The translations under genes were made by a program, and so were the position numbers. The notes below the pieces were generated by a model, which was not told where the DNA came from, ran no database searches, and saw only the letters and a program-made list of their open reading frames with translations. Shown here one piece after another: positions 6,470 to 19,300 of a DNA stretch of 64,000 nucleotides (positions are counted from its first letter, which is position 1; each line of letters starts with the position of its first letter). The stretch spans positions 63 to 64,062 of the IMG/VR virus record IMGVR_UViG_3300011268_000916. One strand, 5' to 3'. This DNA comes from a virus.

Positions 6470-6952
6470 ATGGCAGCTTGTCGTCCAGCAGGGTTAGTAT
6501 CAGGAATGTGTACAGGGCATGGTATTTGTTTACCTCCTGCAATTCATGCAACTGGTCCACCCTGTATGCCTCCAAGGCCTTTAGCAACTAAAAATGCTAC
6601 TTGCTTTTGGCCTCCATTGGTAACAGCACCACTAGTACCATATCCAAGCACAGTATTGGTTAATGGAATTATTCCATTAAGAATGGGCGATGTGTTAATT
6701 CCACATCCAAGTCCATGCACAAATATTGTTTTGGTTCCTTCTCCTCCAGGACCACCAATTCCAACTCCATGTAGTTGCAGTATTTTAACTGCAGAAGATA
6801 TGGGGGGAGTTGGACATATTAGAACGGTAAAAGCCTTGACAAAATCAGTGTTTGTTGAAGGTAGAAATATGGCAGCAGTCGGTGATCCTTTGGGCCCGCC
6901 ATGTTTAAGTTACATTGGAACAGGATCAGTAAACGTTTATGTAGGATTGTAA
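6470..6952 (+). CDS. PAAR-domain spike-tip protein (gp5.4-like)
   Basis: VLVNG..PLRMGD...H and VFVEGRNMAAVGD..C...GS.NV PAAR-type motifs; located before gp25 as in cyanomyoviruses. Confidence 0.8.
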   Translation: MAACRPAGLVSGMCTGHGICLPPAIHATGPPCMPPRPLATKNATCFWPPLVTAPLVPYPSTVLVNGIIPLRMGDVLIPHPSPCTNIVLVPSPPGPPIPTPCSCSILTAEDMGGVGHIRTVKALTKSVFVEGRNMAAVGDPLGPPCLSYIGTGSVNVYVGL

Positions 6953-6954
6953 TT

Positions 6955-7098
6955 ATGGCAAAAGCAAAAATTGGTCTCGTAAAAACAAATTATACACCAG
7001 GTAAACCCAAAAAGACTCGTCAAGGACGGAGTATTAATACTCATTTGGGATCTTCTTCACGAAATGGACGTAAAAAGCGTTATCGTGGTCAAGGATGA
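6955..7098 (+). CDS. Small very basic protein (47 aa, MAKAKIG...RKKRYRGQG)
   Basis: ATG at 6955 directly after the PAAR stop. The KKTRQG...KRYRGQG pattern is familiar from cyanomyoviruses at this position. Confidence 0.75.
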   Translation: MAKAKIGLVKTNYTPGKPKKTRQGRSINTHLGSSSRNGRKKRYRGQG

Positions 7099-7547
7099 AC
7101 GAAATTGAAACTCATATTGATGAATGGATTGGAAAAATTTCTAAATTCCGACCAGAATTAGGAAATTTTTCTGTCTGTCCCTTTGCTTCTAAAGCAAAAT
7201 ATAAGATTATTGAGTGTCAAGCAGAAGACATTGTACCCATTTCTGGGTATGATGTCGTTTTTTATGTTGTTGAAGACTACTTTGATCTGCAAAGTGTTCA
7301 ATTTTGGACCAATTTTTACAATAAAACTCATCAAAAGTATATATTTTTAGAAGATCACGCAACTTCTAATAGTTTTATAAACGGAGTGCAGACAAACAAT
7401 GGTAAATATAACTTAATTTTGATGCAAGATAGAGAAAAATTAAGAAAACATCGTCAAATTTTAAGAGATGCTGGGTATTATTCTCATTGGAATGATGAAA
7501 TGATGAGAGAAATTCTCGGTGAAGACATCAATTTGTTTGATAAATAG
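7095..7547 (+). CDS. Hypothetical protein, possibly DUF1415-like (CPFA motif)
   Basis: Track ORF with ATGA coupling to the upstream gene. The SVCPFA motif is the only basis for the family guess. Confidence 0.6.
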   Translation: MNEIETHIDEWIGKISKFRPELGNFSVCPFASKAKYKIIECQAEDIVPISGYDVVFYVVEDYFDLQSVQFWTNFYNKTHQKYIFLEDHATSNSFINGVQTNNGKYNLILMQDREKLRKHRQILRDAGYYSHWNDEMMREILGEDINLFDK

Positions 7548-7601
7548 CGTTAGGGAGATAGCAACCTCCTTAAAAGTTCTGTGAAAACAGTCTTTTAGGA
7601 G
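7540..7601 (+). promoter_or_regulatory. T4-type late promoter core (ATAAATA) followed by a two-hairpin leader and SD
   Basis: ATAAATA at 7540-7546 in the stop-codon/intergenic position; stems 7550-7557/7566-7573 and 7572-7582/7587-7596 (GAAA loop); AGGAG at 7597-7601. Confidence 0.6.
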
Positions 7602-7608
7602 AATTTTT

Positions 7609-7800
7609 ATGGCAATTCACCCAAATCCAGATAGAGATGTTGATTTTATGATCAAAGAGCATGGTACATCATGTCTAATCACTGATTATGGAAGCGAAAA
7701 ACATCTCAAAAAACAAAAATATAGTATTCCAAACGATAGATATTCTAAATGGTGTGGTGGAAAAGATGGATTTGATGATTATGTCGAGAGGTGGCACTAA
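7609..7800 (+). CDS. Conserved cyanomyovirus hypothetical protein preceding gp25 (63 aa)
   Basis: Good SD. The LITDYG...CGG..GFDD motif is recalled from genes at this position in T4-like cyanophages. Confidence 0.75.
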   Translation: MAIHPNPDRDVDFMIKEHGTSCLITDYGSEKHLKKQKYSIPNDRYSKWCGGKDGFDDYVERWH

Positions 7801-7820
7801 CAAACTAACACAATAGGTAA

Positions 7821-8231
7821 ATGGAATATAAATACGAAATAACTCCAGAAGAATCTAGATCCTTTAAGGACATTAGTTTGTCATTGGCTAGAAATCCTCT
7901 TACTGGAGACATAAATATTTTAAAAGATGATACATCAATTAAGAATGCAGTTAAAAACATCATTCTTACTAAACCTGGTGAAAAACTATATGAACCTTTT
8001 TTTGGGTCTAAAGTAACTGATTTATTATTTGAACCTATTGATTTTATAATTTTAGATGAAATTAAAACTGAAATATACCGAGTCCTAACTCTGTATGAAC
8101 CAAGAATAGAAATTGAAGAAGTTTCTTTATCAGAGACTGAACAAGATTATCAACTTGATTGTACAATACAATTCAAAATTGTAGGTGAATTAGAAACAAA
8201 AGAACTTTCGTTTTTATTAGAGCCACGATAA
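7821..8231 (+). CDS. gp25: Baseplate wedge subunit gp25 (GPW/gp25 family)
   Basis: FKDISLS...IKNAVKNIILTKPGEK...FGS and YEPRIE motifs; immediately precedes gp6. Confidence 0.92.
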   Translation: MEYKYEITPEESRSFKDISLSLARNPLTGDINILKDDTSIKNAVKNIILTKPGEKLYEPFFGSKVTDLLFEPIDFIILDEIKTEIYRVLTLYEPRIEIEEVSLSETEQDYQLDCTIQFKIVGELETKELSFLLEPR

Positions 8232-10310
8232 ATGCCATCAGATCTAACTACCTTAGATTTCTACGAAATAAGGGAATCTATAAAGTCATACCTAAAAACA
8301 AGACAGGAATTTACAGACTACAATTTTGAAGGTTCCACTTTATCTTACTTAATTGATGTATTAGCATATAATACTCAATATTCAGCTTTCTATGGAAATT
8401 TAGCTGCAAACGAATTATTCCTAGAAACTGCGACAATTAGAGACAATATAATTAAAATTGCTAAACTATTAAATTATACCCCAAGATCAGTTCAAGCCTC
8501 TGTAATTAGAGTTAGTATAGCTTTTCAAACTTTGAGGGGTCCAGATGGAGACTATCCATCTACTATAACGTTAAAAAAAGGACCAGTTTTATCATCATCT
8601 CTACAAAATCAAACTGGTTATATTTTTAATGCTTTAAATGATATTACAACAACTGTAAACCAAACTAATGGTAGAGGTCAGTTTGTTGGGATTATGTTAT
8701 ATGAAGGAACCATACTAAATTATTCTTATAATGTAGACTCTAATCAAAGTCAAAAATTTGTAATTCCAAACTCTAATGTTGATACTAGAACTCTATCTGT
8801 AATCGTCAGACCAAGTTCTCAATCAACACAAAAAGACAGATATAGAATGGCAGATTCTTTGACTTCTGTTGGTCCAAATCAAAAAATATTCTTCTTACAG
8901 GAAGTTGAAGATACTAGATATGAAGTATTTTTTGGTGACGGTAAATCTGGAAGAAAGTTAATTGATGGAGAAGTAATTGATTTAGAATATTTAATTACAA
9001 GTGGCGAAGAAGCTAATGGATGTCAAAAAGTAACATTCTTAGGAACTGTAATAGATTCTTATGGTAGGCAAGTTCAACAGTCGCCAATCTTAAAAGTTTT
9101 AAATAGAGCTCAAAGTGGATCTCAAAGAGAAAGTATTGAATCGATTAAGTTTAATGCTCCAAAGTTTTATGCCACTCAGTCAAGAGCTGTAACATCAAAG
9201 GATTATGAAACTTTAACTAGGATAGTATATCCACAGACTGAAATTATAAATGTAGTTGGTGGTGAAAATTTAAGACCACCCCAGTATGGGAAAGTTTTTG
9301 TAACTATTCAAAATAAAAATAAAACATTATTGAATGCTTTAACTAAGAGAAGAATAGTTAGAGATTTGAAAAAATATTCAGTGGCTTCTATTGAAATTGT
9401 AGTTTTAGATGCTAGAAGATATTATGTTGATCCTAAGGTTACAATCAGATTTAATTCTGCAGTAAGTACAAAAAATCAACAACAAATTTATAACTCAGTA
9501 ACTAATTCTCTTAGAAATTTTGCTGCTCAAAATTTCAATAAATTTGGGGGAACTTTAAATTATAGTAAAATAGTTAAATTTATTGATGACTCTGATCCTG
9601 CTATAACTTCAACCAATTTATCTATCAGACTTAGACAACATATTGTTTCTAACAAAGGAAAGGATCAAACCTATTGTTTTGATTTTGGAGTTCCATTAAG
9701 AGATCCTCTGGATTGTTTATCTCCAAATTTGAAATCTAGATCATTTAGAATAACAGGATTTCCACAAATCTTACAATTAGATGATGACAACAAAGGAAAT
9801 ATTAGACTTTTTTATATTCAAAATGGAGCTAAAGTGTTTGTTAATGAAAAGATTGGATTTATTGATTATTCAACTGGCAAACTCTGTATTGGTCCAATAA
9901 ATATAAGTGAACCAACAGAAATTCCAATTTCTGTTATACCAAAAGACCCAACAGTGACTTTCCCATATGATTCTATTCCAGAAGTAGGATTCCCCAATGT
10001 AATTGATATCTTTGATTCAAGTGTCGGCGGGGGTACTGATTCTAATTCTGATTGGACTCCGCCTCCATTATTAGGAGACATTGGTTCAGGCGCCGGAACG
10101 GGTGATGGCGGTGCAGGAGCAGGTACTGGCGCTGGAACAGGTACTGGAGGAACCTCAGATGGTTCTGGCGGTCCTGGAGGGTCAAATACTGGTTCTGATG
10201 ATACTGGCGGTGGAACCAATCCAAATGATATTATCCCAGATTCATTCTTTGATAATCCTATATCATATGAAGACTTTACTGGATCACCTCAAGACAACTG
10301 TTTTAGTTAA
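8232..10310 (+). CDS. gp6: Baseplate wedge subunit gp6
   Basis: LDFYEIRESIKSYL...FTDYNFEGS.LS.LIDVLAYNT..NELFLETA and AP.FYA.QSRAVT..DY motifs. Confidence 0.93.
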   Translation: MPSDLTTLDFYEIRESIKSYLKTRQEFTDYNFEGSTLSYLIDVLAYNTQYSAFYGNLAANELFLETATIRDNIIKIAKLLNYTPRSVQASVIRVSIAFQTLRGPDGDYPSTITLKKGPVLSSSLQNQTGYIFNALNDITTTVNQTNGRGQFVGIMLYEGTILNYSYNVDSNQSQKFVIPNSNVDTRTLSVIVRPSSQSTQKDRYRMADSLTSVGPNQKIFFLQEVEDTRYEVFFGDGKSGRKLIDGEVIDLEYLITSGEEANGCQKVTFLGTVIDSYGRQVQQSPILKVLNRAQSGSQRESIESIKFNAPKFYATQSRAVTSKDYETLTRIVYPQTEIINVVGGENLRPPQYGKVFVTIQNKNKTLLNALTKRRIVRDLKKYSVASIEIVVLDARRYYVDPKVTIRFNSAVSTKNQQQIYNSVTNSLRNFAAQNFNKFGGTLNYSKIVKFIDDSDPAITSTNLSIRLRQHIVSNKGKDQTYCFDFGVPLRDPLDCLSPNLKSRSFRITGFPQILQLDDDNKGNIRLFYIQNGAKVFVNEKIGFIDYSTGKLCIGPINISEPTEIPISVIPKDPTVTFPYDSIPEVGFPNVIDIFDSSVGGGTDSNSDWTPPPLLGDIGSGAGTGDGGAGAGTGAGTGTGGTSDGSGGPGGSNTGSDDTGGGTNPNDIIPDSFFDNPISYEDFTGSPQDNCFS

Positions 10311-10335
10311 TAACGTATAAAATCTCAAAAAGGAT

Positions 10336-13300
10336 ATGGAAGAAAAACTTGTAACTTCATCTAATGTTGAATCTCTGCTGCCAGATTTTATAAGAGAAGA
10401 TTCTCCACAATTTACAAACTTACTCAAGTATTATTACGAAAGTCTTGAGAGATCGTCGTATCCATTAGATGTCATTTATAATTTAACAAATTATTATGAC
10501 TTGGATTCTTATACTCCAGACAAATTAATTTCTAAAACAACATTAATTAAAAATACAGAAAAAATTGACGATGAAATAGTAGTAAGTTCTACTAGAGGAT
10601 TCCCTGAAGAAAATGGATCTGTATTAATTGATAATGAGATTATTCTGTATAACTACAGAACTCTATCTCCTCAAATTAAATTTATTCCAAATATTACTCC
10701 AGAAAGAGTAAAATCTAGATTTGTTGTTCTTGATGAAATTACAAACCAGTTTGATGGGTTACAAACAATTTTTGACCTAAAATTACTAGGCAAAAAAGTA
10801 TATACTCCTTCATGCAATCATATTCTTATTAATTTGGGAGATAGTTATCTAACTCCTGGTGTTGACTATGTAACTAATAATGAAGATAGTAATGTTCCTA
10901 TTGGATCTGTGCAGTTTTTGACAGCTCCAAATGAATCTACATCGTCAACTCCAAATTTATGTATTATAGAATTTTTACAAGGATATGTTACTGAAACTGT
11001 AAAAATTCTTGATACTGTATCCACAACTTCACCCAAAAAAGTATTTGATTTAAAATTTGAAGGATCTCCATATCAACCAATATCGGATGGATATTTGTTG
11101 GTGTTTAAAAATGGAGATCTTCTGAGCTTAAATAGTGAATATTCTTTAACAGATACTAGAATTATTTTTAAAAATAATATTGTTTCTTCTGACGATCTTT
11201 TCTTCCTATCGATAGAATCACAAGTACCAAGAATAGGAACTGGAGCATCAGCTTATTCTATTATTGATGAAAATGGACAACTAGACTCTATTGTTGTAGA
11301 AAATAATGGAAGTGGATATGAATATGATGAAACACCAAAAGTAGAAATTTATGCTGAAACTGGAGATCTAGCAACAGCATATCCATTGATTAATGGAATT
11401 AGAAGAATTCTAGTAGTAGAACCTGGATATGGTTATGATAAAGATAATCCTCCATCTCTTTCTTTCAATTTAACTAATGTAGGCAACATTAAAACATCTG
11501 TTACTATAAAAAATGAATCCATTGAAAAAGTGACGGTACTTAACTCTGGATTCAATGTAGATATTGAACCAAAAGTTACAGTCGTTGATCCAAAAATGCC
11601 TGTATTTGGAGCTGTTATTATTGAAGAATCTGGTGGTGCAGGAACTGGATATATTATTACTGGAGTTGAAATTTTAGATGGTGGATTTGGACTAACAAAT
11701 GGACCTAAACTATATGTTGATGCACCACCATTTGGCGAAGAGAAAAAAGTTGATAGACCCCAAACTGCAACTATTGTTCCAATCATAGAAAATGGTCAAG
11801 TTGTTGATGTTGATATTATTAATGGCGGTTTAGGATTTGATTCTGAAAATCCTCCAAGAGTTAAAGCTATTAATTATAGAAATGCAGAAGTTTTGGATGT
11901 AAAAGTTACAGATGGATCTATAACTGGAATTTCTCTACTCTCTGGTGGTCATGGATATTTAGAAGCTCCTACTGTATACATTGTAGATAACAGATATGAT
12001 GCTGAGGGTGTATATATTGGTGGAGTTGGTGCAAAAGCAAGAGCAATCTTATTTAATAATTCAATTACTGACATTATTATTGAGGACTTTGGTTCTGGAT
12101 ATTCAGATTCTAATCCACCAATTGTTTATATTTCATCACCAAAAAATGCTCAAGTAGTAGCTGAAATTGGAAAGGGTCAAATAACTGGATTTGAAGTTGT
12201 AGAAAGAGGTTCTGGATACTTAAAATCATCCTTCATGAATTGTTCCAGAGGAACTTCTGGTCTTAAAGGATTTGATAAAGATGAAAATACCATCTATGTA
12301 AATACTCTCCCAGAATGTCATCCTGCAGGATCGATAGTATATAATCAAAATTCGGAATATTTAAAGTACTTCCTAAGAAGAATAAAGAATCAATTTCTTC
12401 CAGAATTTCCTGATATTGATTTTGAACAGTATGATATTAGAAATTTAATTAAGAAGATTAAAAATTTCTATGCTATAAAAGGAACTAAATCTTCTATTGA
12501 ATCATTCTTTCAAACTATATTTGATGATGTTGTAGATGTATCATACCCCAAAGATCAAATTGTAAGATCTTCAGATGCATTATGGTCTACAGATACTATA
12601 ATGAGAGTAGAACTCTTAAAGGGGAATATTGAAGATGTACTGGGAAATATCATAATACAAAATGCTAGTGATGTAGATCCTGAAGTCACATATTCATCTT
12701 CTATTGTTGATGCATATACCATCCTACAGACATCGAAAAAAACTTTATATGAACTAGTTTTAGACACAAATTCATATGAAGGTGAGTTTAAAGTATCTTA
12801 TACAACGAAACTTTCGGAAAGTATTGATAGAGTCGATACAACTATTACAGTTGATTCGACTGTTGGTTGGCCAGAGACTAATGGATACTTCTATGTCAGT
12901 AATGAACTAGTAACTTATAAATCTAAGAGTCTAAATCAATTTTTTGAATGTACTAGAGCTGCAAATGGTGTATCTAGATTTGCAACTGGTGGAACTAAAG
13001 TATCTACTAATTTTTATGTTTACTATAATCAGGGACAACCTGATGAAGTAGTAATGAAAATTCTCGGAATTTCAAAAACAGAATCTACTGTTGTTGATAA
13101 TCCAGCCAGTAACTATTTGGAAGGTGATATCCTTAGTCTTTCGGATCTCGGTACTGATAATATTACAAACGTTTCTGGTAGAAACTATCCACTCGTTAAC
13201 AGTTGGATTTTCAATGTTAAAAAAATTCAAGAAGTTGTTTCAATTGAAGTAAAACAAAAAGCAGGAAAATATGTAGGCGAAGTTCTTTTAGTCAAGAATC

Positions 13301-16300
13301 ATAATTTAATAAGAGGTCAGAGTATTGAAATTTTTGGAGCTTCTCCAGCAGTATATAATGGATCATTTACAGTAGAAAATCTTTCTGCAACTAATGCAAA
13401 AACTTTCGACTATAATTTAAACATTACAGAAGATGAGTATAATTCTTTAGTATCAACATATCCATCAGCTGTAGGTGATATTTACTTATCAATTCCCCTA
13501 GAAAAAGGAAAGTCTGATTTTAGACCTATCGAAAGAATTATTTCAGAGTCAACTACTGATGTTCAAAATTGTTATTTAACGGATGATTATGTCTACATTG
13601 CATCATCTGGAATACCATCTTATCCGATTGGATTGACTGGCGGGGAAAGAGGATTTTTAGGTAATTCATTGCTTCCAGGTAATCAAAGATATCTAAAAAG
13701 ATTTCCAAAGCAAACTCAAGTTGTATCTGAGAAAAGAGTAACAGAATATGGACAGTTGGGGTTATTCTTAAATGGTGTTCCCCTTTACAATTATAAGTCG
13801 GATAAAAGGATTAGATTTGGTGGTATATCACAAGTAAATGTTTTAAATTCTGGTAGAGATTATGATGTTGAATTTGATCCTGAGATTAATGTTTATAAAA
13901 CAATTCAAACAATCACAGGTTTACAACAAATTAAAAATCCAGATGGAGTATCTTTAAAACCAATAGTTAATGGCAGTCTCAGAGAAATTGTAGTTTTAAA
14001 TGGTGGATCTGGATATACTGAACCTCCAATCTTAACAGTATCTGGTGGTGGTGGATCCGGCGCGTTTGCTACAGCTGTTTTATCTGGAGGAAGAATCTCT
14101 AGAGTTGTTGTAGACTCTCCTGGATCTGGTTATTTCCAAAAACCAGTGATCAACATTGTAGGTGGTGGAGGAGGATCTGGTGCTGTTTTAGATGCTGTAG
14201 TTAGAGGTCCAATTAGTTCAATCAGGATTGATAATCCTGGACAAGGATTCCAAGAAAATCCAGAGATTGAAATTACTACTGGATCTGGTGGTAGAGCTCA
14301 GGCTATCATTCTTAATGGAAGAGTTAGAAGTATTGGCGTTCTATCTGCAGGATCAAATTATACTACACCACCTTTGGTAGTGATTACAGATAGTAAGGGA
14401 AAAAATGCTTCAGCAAAAGCAATAATTTATACTTCAGGTGTTAATAAAGGATCAATAGAAAGAATTGATGTATTAAATGGTGGATCTGGATATAATAAAG
14501 ACACTGTAAAGGTAGAAATTATACCTATTGGTACTGGTGCCTCATTTAGTTCAGAAATTTTTAAATGGACATTTAATATTAATACTCAACTAGAAGGTAA
14601 ATTTGATCCTAAGGATGGATATGTTTTTATTGGAAAAAATAATCAATTTGGTTCTGAGTATGCTCACACAAAGAATCCAAGATTCTTAAGATATCTATTG
14701 GGAGATAATGTTTCATATGATGAAACATCAAATACTGTAACTGAACTTCCAATACAACAAGTAACTAGACACTCTCCTATTATTGGATGGGCATTTGATG
14801 GAAATCCTATTTATGGTCCATATGGATTTGCGAATCCATCTACAAACCCAGGATCAGCAAATCCAAATTATATTCCAATGAAGAGTGGATGGAAGTTAAA
14901 AAATAATAGATTAAATGGACCATCTACTACTACATATCCATTAGGTTCTTTTGTTGAAGATTATGAATATAGTTTAACCACTGGAGTAACTTTAGATAGA
15001 TATAATGGAAGATTCTGCAAAACTCCAGAGTTTCCAGAAGGAGTTTATGCATACTTTGTAACTATTACTGGTACAGTAAATTCTGTTGCAGAATTCCCAT
15101 ATGTAGTAGGAAATGAATTTTATTCTGTACCAGATCAATTTAATTTCCAAGCAAATTCATTACAATCTAATTTACCGAAGAACGTAATTAGATATAGAAC
15201 TCCATATGAATCTACAGATATTGATGTAGTTAGAAAATCTTCTGATATCAATTCTTCTCTATCAACAGAAGACAATTCATTTAATTTTATATTAGAAGAT
15301 TCTCAAACAATTACTGGATATGACGGAGATGGAAATCCAATTTACACTACTTTAGAAGGTTATGACATCAATGATGATACTTTCATCACTGATGACGAAT
15401 TAAATCCTATTGAATTTATTGAAGAGTCTGATATTGAAATTTATAATTATTTCCCAACTACAGAGGGAGATGCTAAAGTTGATATTAGAATTTCTAATGT
15501 AAATAAATTTGAAACTTCTATCTTAGAAGGATTTACCATTGAAAATGGAGGTCAAAATTTTAAGGTTAATGACACTCTACTTTTTGATACTAGTGAAAGT
15601 GGTGGTAATTTACCATCAGCTAAAGTTGCATCAGTTACTGGAGAAAATGTTAGCGAACTAACTTTTGTATTTGAAGATAAAAAACCATATGCTAAGATAA
15701 CAACAACTACCGATCATGGATTAACATATAATGATAGATTTAAAGTTGAAACTAGACCAGAATCTGAAAGTCAGATAGAATATCAACCAAATCCATATAA
15801 AGTTAAAGTAGTTAATGGTATTGAAAGAATAGATGTAATTAATTTTGGTGCTGATTATGATCCAGAAACTCAAATTAACTATAGATTCTTCAACAGAGTT
15901 CTAGATAATATTAAAGATGTTGAATTGAATTCAATTGTTGATGTTGGTGGATCTCTCAAATTTATAGAAGTTGAAAATTCTGGATCTATGGATCTTGATG
16001 TTTCTGAAGTAAAACTTTCTCTTGATCCTCCAACTAATGTAACAAAAACTCTTTTCTATAACAAGAGAATTAAAAATGATAGAACGGCTGCGTTAGAATT
16101 GCCAACTGGATCACTAGAGAATCTTGAAAAGGATCAAATTATTTCAAATGATATCATATTAGATAATAATGAAATACAGTCAGTAACATCTGCAAATATC
16201 AGTGGAAATGATTATAAAGTTACAATTACAACAGTAGATAATAATTTAGTTTCATCGGGTAAAAAAGTTTTAGTATCTGGATTTAATAATTACACATCTT

Positions 16301-19300
16301 TAAATGGACTTAAAACTGTAACTGACATAACTGGAAATTCATTTAGTTATACCGTAACCCAAGCTGGACTGCCATCAACTATTGATGTAGTTTCAAAAGA
16401 CTGGGATCAGATTTCATCATCTCAGAGTGGAGCTCATACATTAGCTATCAAACAGGATGGATCTCTCTGGGCTTGGGGTCAAAATAATTTTGGTCAATTG
16501 GGAACTGGAAATAGAACCAGAAGAAAAGTTCCATTCAAGGTTAACTCTAGTCAGTGGACTGCAATTTCTGCTAATGGTAACAAATCATTTGCTATTAAGT
16601 CCGATGGAACTCTTTGGGCTTGGGGTCAGAATAGTTTTGGCGAACTAGGAATTAATTCTACAGATTCATATAAAACATCTCCTGTTCAAATTGGAACATC
16701 AACTTGGACTAAAGTATCATCAGGCGTTGATCATGCTCTTGCTATTAAGTCAGATGGAACTCTTTGGGCTTGGGGTAGAAATAATTACGGTCAATTGGGA
16801 ATTGGATCAACAACAACTTATTCATATCCAGTTCAAGTTAGCACAAACACTAATTGGACCCAAGTTCATGCAGGCAATTCTATTAGTGCAGCAATTAATT
16901 CTTCTGGTGAACTATTTGTTTGGGGAGATTCTAGAAATAGTTGCCTTGGATTAGGTAAAATTGCTTCCATCAGTATTTTGAATCCTGGCAGATCTGGAAC
17001 ATTTACTCCAGAGTCAACTGTTAATTTTGAATTATCTGGTGCTAGTGGTAAGGTAGTATCTTGGAACCCAACAACTAGATCATTAATTCTCAAAAACTTT
17101 ACATATACAAATGTTCCAACTAGAAATGAAAAACTCTATATTGGATCTGATGTATTAACAAGTACAAATTATGGAAGATTAAGATCTATTGTAATTCATG
17201 AGTTAGATGATTTTGGTTCTTCCTTAGAATTTACAAGAACTGTAGGTACTGGAGTATTTTCAACTGGAGAAACTATAACTTCATCTAGAGGAGTTACAGC
17301 TACAGTGGTTTCTTATGATTCCTCAACTAAAAAAATGAAAATCTCCAATAGGTCTGGAGAGTTTATTAGAAATGATATTGTAACAGGAAATAGTTCTGGT
17401 GCAAAACAAATATTCAATCGTTATACACCTCAATCTGGAACTAGAATTTTAGTTCCAACTCTTATCAATACTTCGACATGGACAAAGGCATCATCTTCTA
17501 ATAGATCTACGTTTGCTATTAAGTCTGATGGAACTCTTTGGGCTTGGGGAGATAACTTCTTTGGTAATCTTGGAACGAATGATTTACTCGACAAAAATAT
17601 TCCAACTCAGATAGGAACTGACACTACTTGGTTAGATGTTTCAGCTGGATCATATCACGTTTTGGGTATTAATGATTCGGCTCTGTATGCTTGGGGTAGG
17701 TCGTCAAGTTATGAATTAGGAAACGGAACTTTAGATACTAAGCTAACTCCAGTAGAAATAACAGGAATTACTGATATTGGAACAATAGAAGCTGGAAACG
17801 CTTCCAGTTTTGTCATTAAAGATATGAGTGGAACTGATGCTCCGTTATTAGTATTTGGTAATGCAACTCAAGGTAGATTAGGAAATAATAAGATTAAGGG
17901 TCTTGTATCTACTCCAACTGAGGTTCAGTCAATTTCTGTAATTTTAAACCCAGAATCTACAATTATAGAGAGTTCAATCTTTGCAATTAATAGTTCTGAC
18001 AGTATCATTGAGGTATCTAATATTGTAAATTCTTCAGGTGAATATCCAAACAATAGTCAGTATCTTGATGATGATATTATTGAAGTTGTTAAGGATAATG
18101 ATGAATTAATAATTGATCAAAAAATCACTCAAGTTTTAACAAATAATGTACTTCCATTCTCATCTTCAATAAGATTAAATAATCTAGATAATGTAGAAAT
18201 TGGAAAACTAATTAGAGTTGTTTCGGAAGAAAAATCCTTTAATGCAACTATTACAGATATCAATTCTGTGTTGACTCTGACTGAAGTTCCAAGTTCAACT
18301 GAAATTTATGCTGGTAATAAGATTAATTTCACAGTTAACAGTGTAGAAAGAGAATTTTTAGTAACTGGCGTTTCTAAAAAAGGATCTTTGACAATATCAG
18401 TTTCAGAGTATACTGGAAATGATACTAATATTGTTACAGCTACTGTTTCTTCTACAACTGGAATTTCTGTTGGTGATGAACTTTATATTTTTGGAGCAAC
18501 GGCAGATACAAATCTAAATGGAACCTGGAACATTATTGCAGTACCAAATTCAACAACATTTAAATTTGGAATCAATTCTCCATTAGCAACTGGATCATAT
18601 TTAAGTGGACTTGGAACTGCTATTAAATCAATATCTGGAACAACGACATTAAATGTTTCTCTTGATATGCCTGTAAGTGAATATGTGAATAATGCAACAA
18701 TCAATGGAGATCTTGATGTAGAGGTTGAAGTAACTATTCCATCATATCCTCTATTTGATGAAGACATGATCGTTATTTCTGATATTGATTCTCAGTCAAA
18801 TTCAATTTTTGTAAGAACATTAATCACTGATAAAGTCAAAACTACATCTAATCCAATATCCTTGAGTGATGTATCTATTAGTATGTACAGTGTAACTTTA
18901 GATTCTCAAAATGAATATGATTTTGGAAACTATAAAAGCACATTTTTTGTTGAAAATGATTTCTCAAATGAACAGTCTGTAAAATACATTGCATCAAATA
19001 CATCAACACCTATTAATGGATTAATATCAGGTAATATCTATTACATTAAAAATGTTACAAGATATAGTTTCTCTCTAGCTGCAGAAGTTGATGATGTAGA
19101 GACTATAACAGTTACTACAATTCCATCAACATCAACTCATAGATTTAGATCTGTTATTAGAAGAAAAATTGAAAATTCTTCTTACGCTCAAAATAAAATT
19201 AATTATACCACAACATCTATTGATAGAAATGAAAATCTATATGCCTTTGGTTCAACGTTTGATTCTCAGGGAACAAAATGTATAACATTCCATAAATTCG

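Noticed and set aside
6392-7917. ATAAATA matches inside coding regions (e.g. 6392-6398, 7911-7917)
   Set aside because: An all-AT 7-mer is expected many times by chance in this composition. Only intergenic or stop-overlapping copies were kept.
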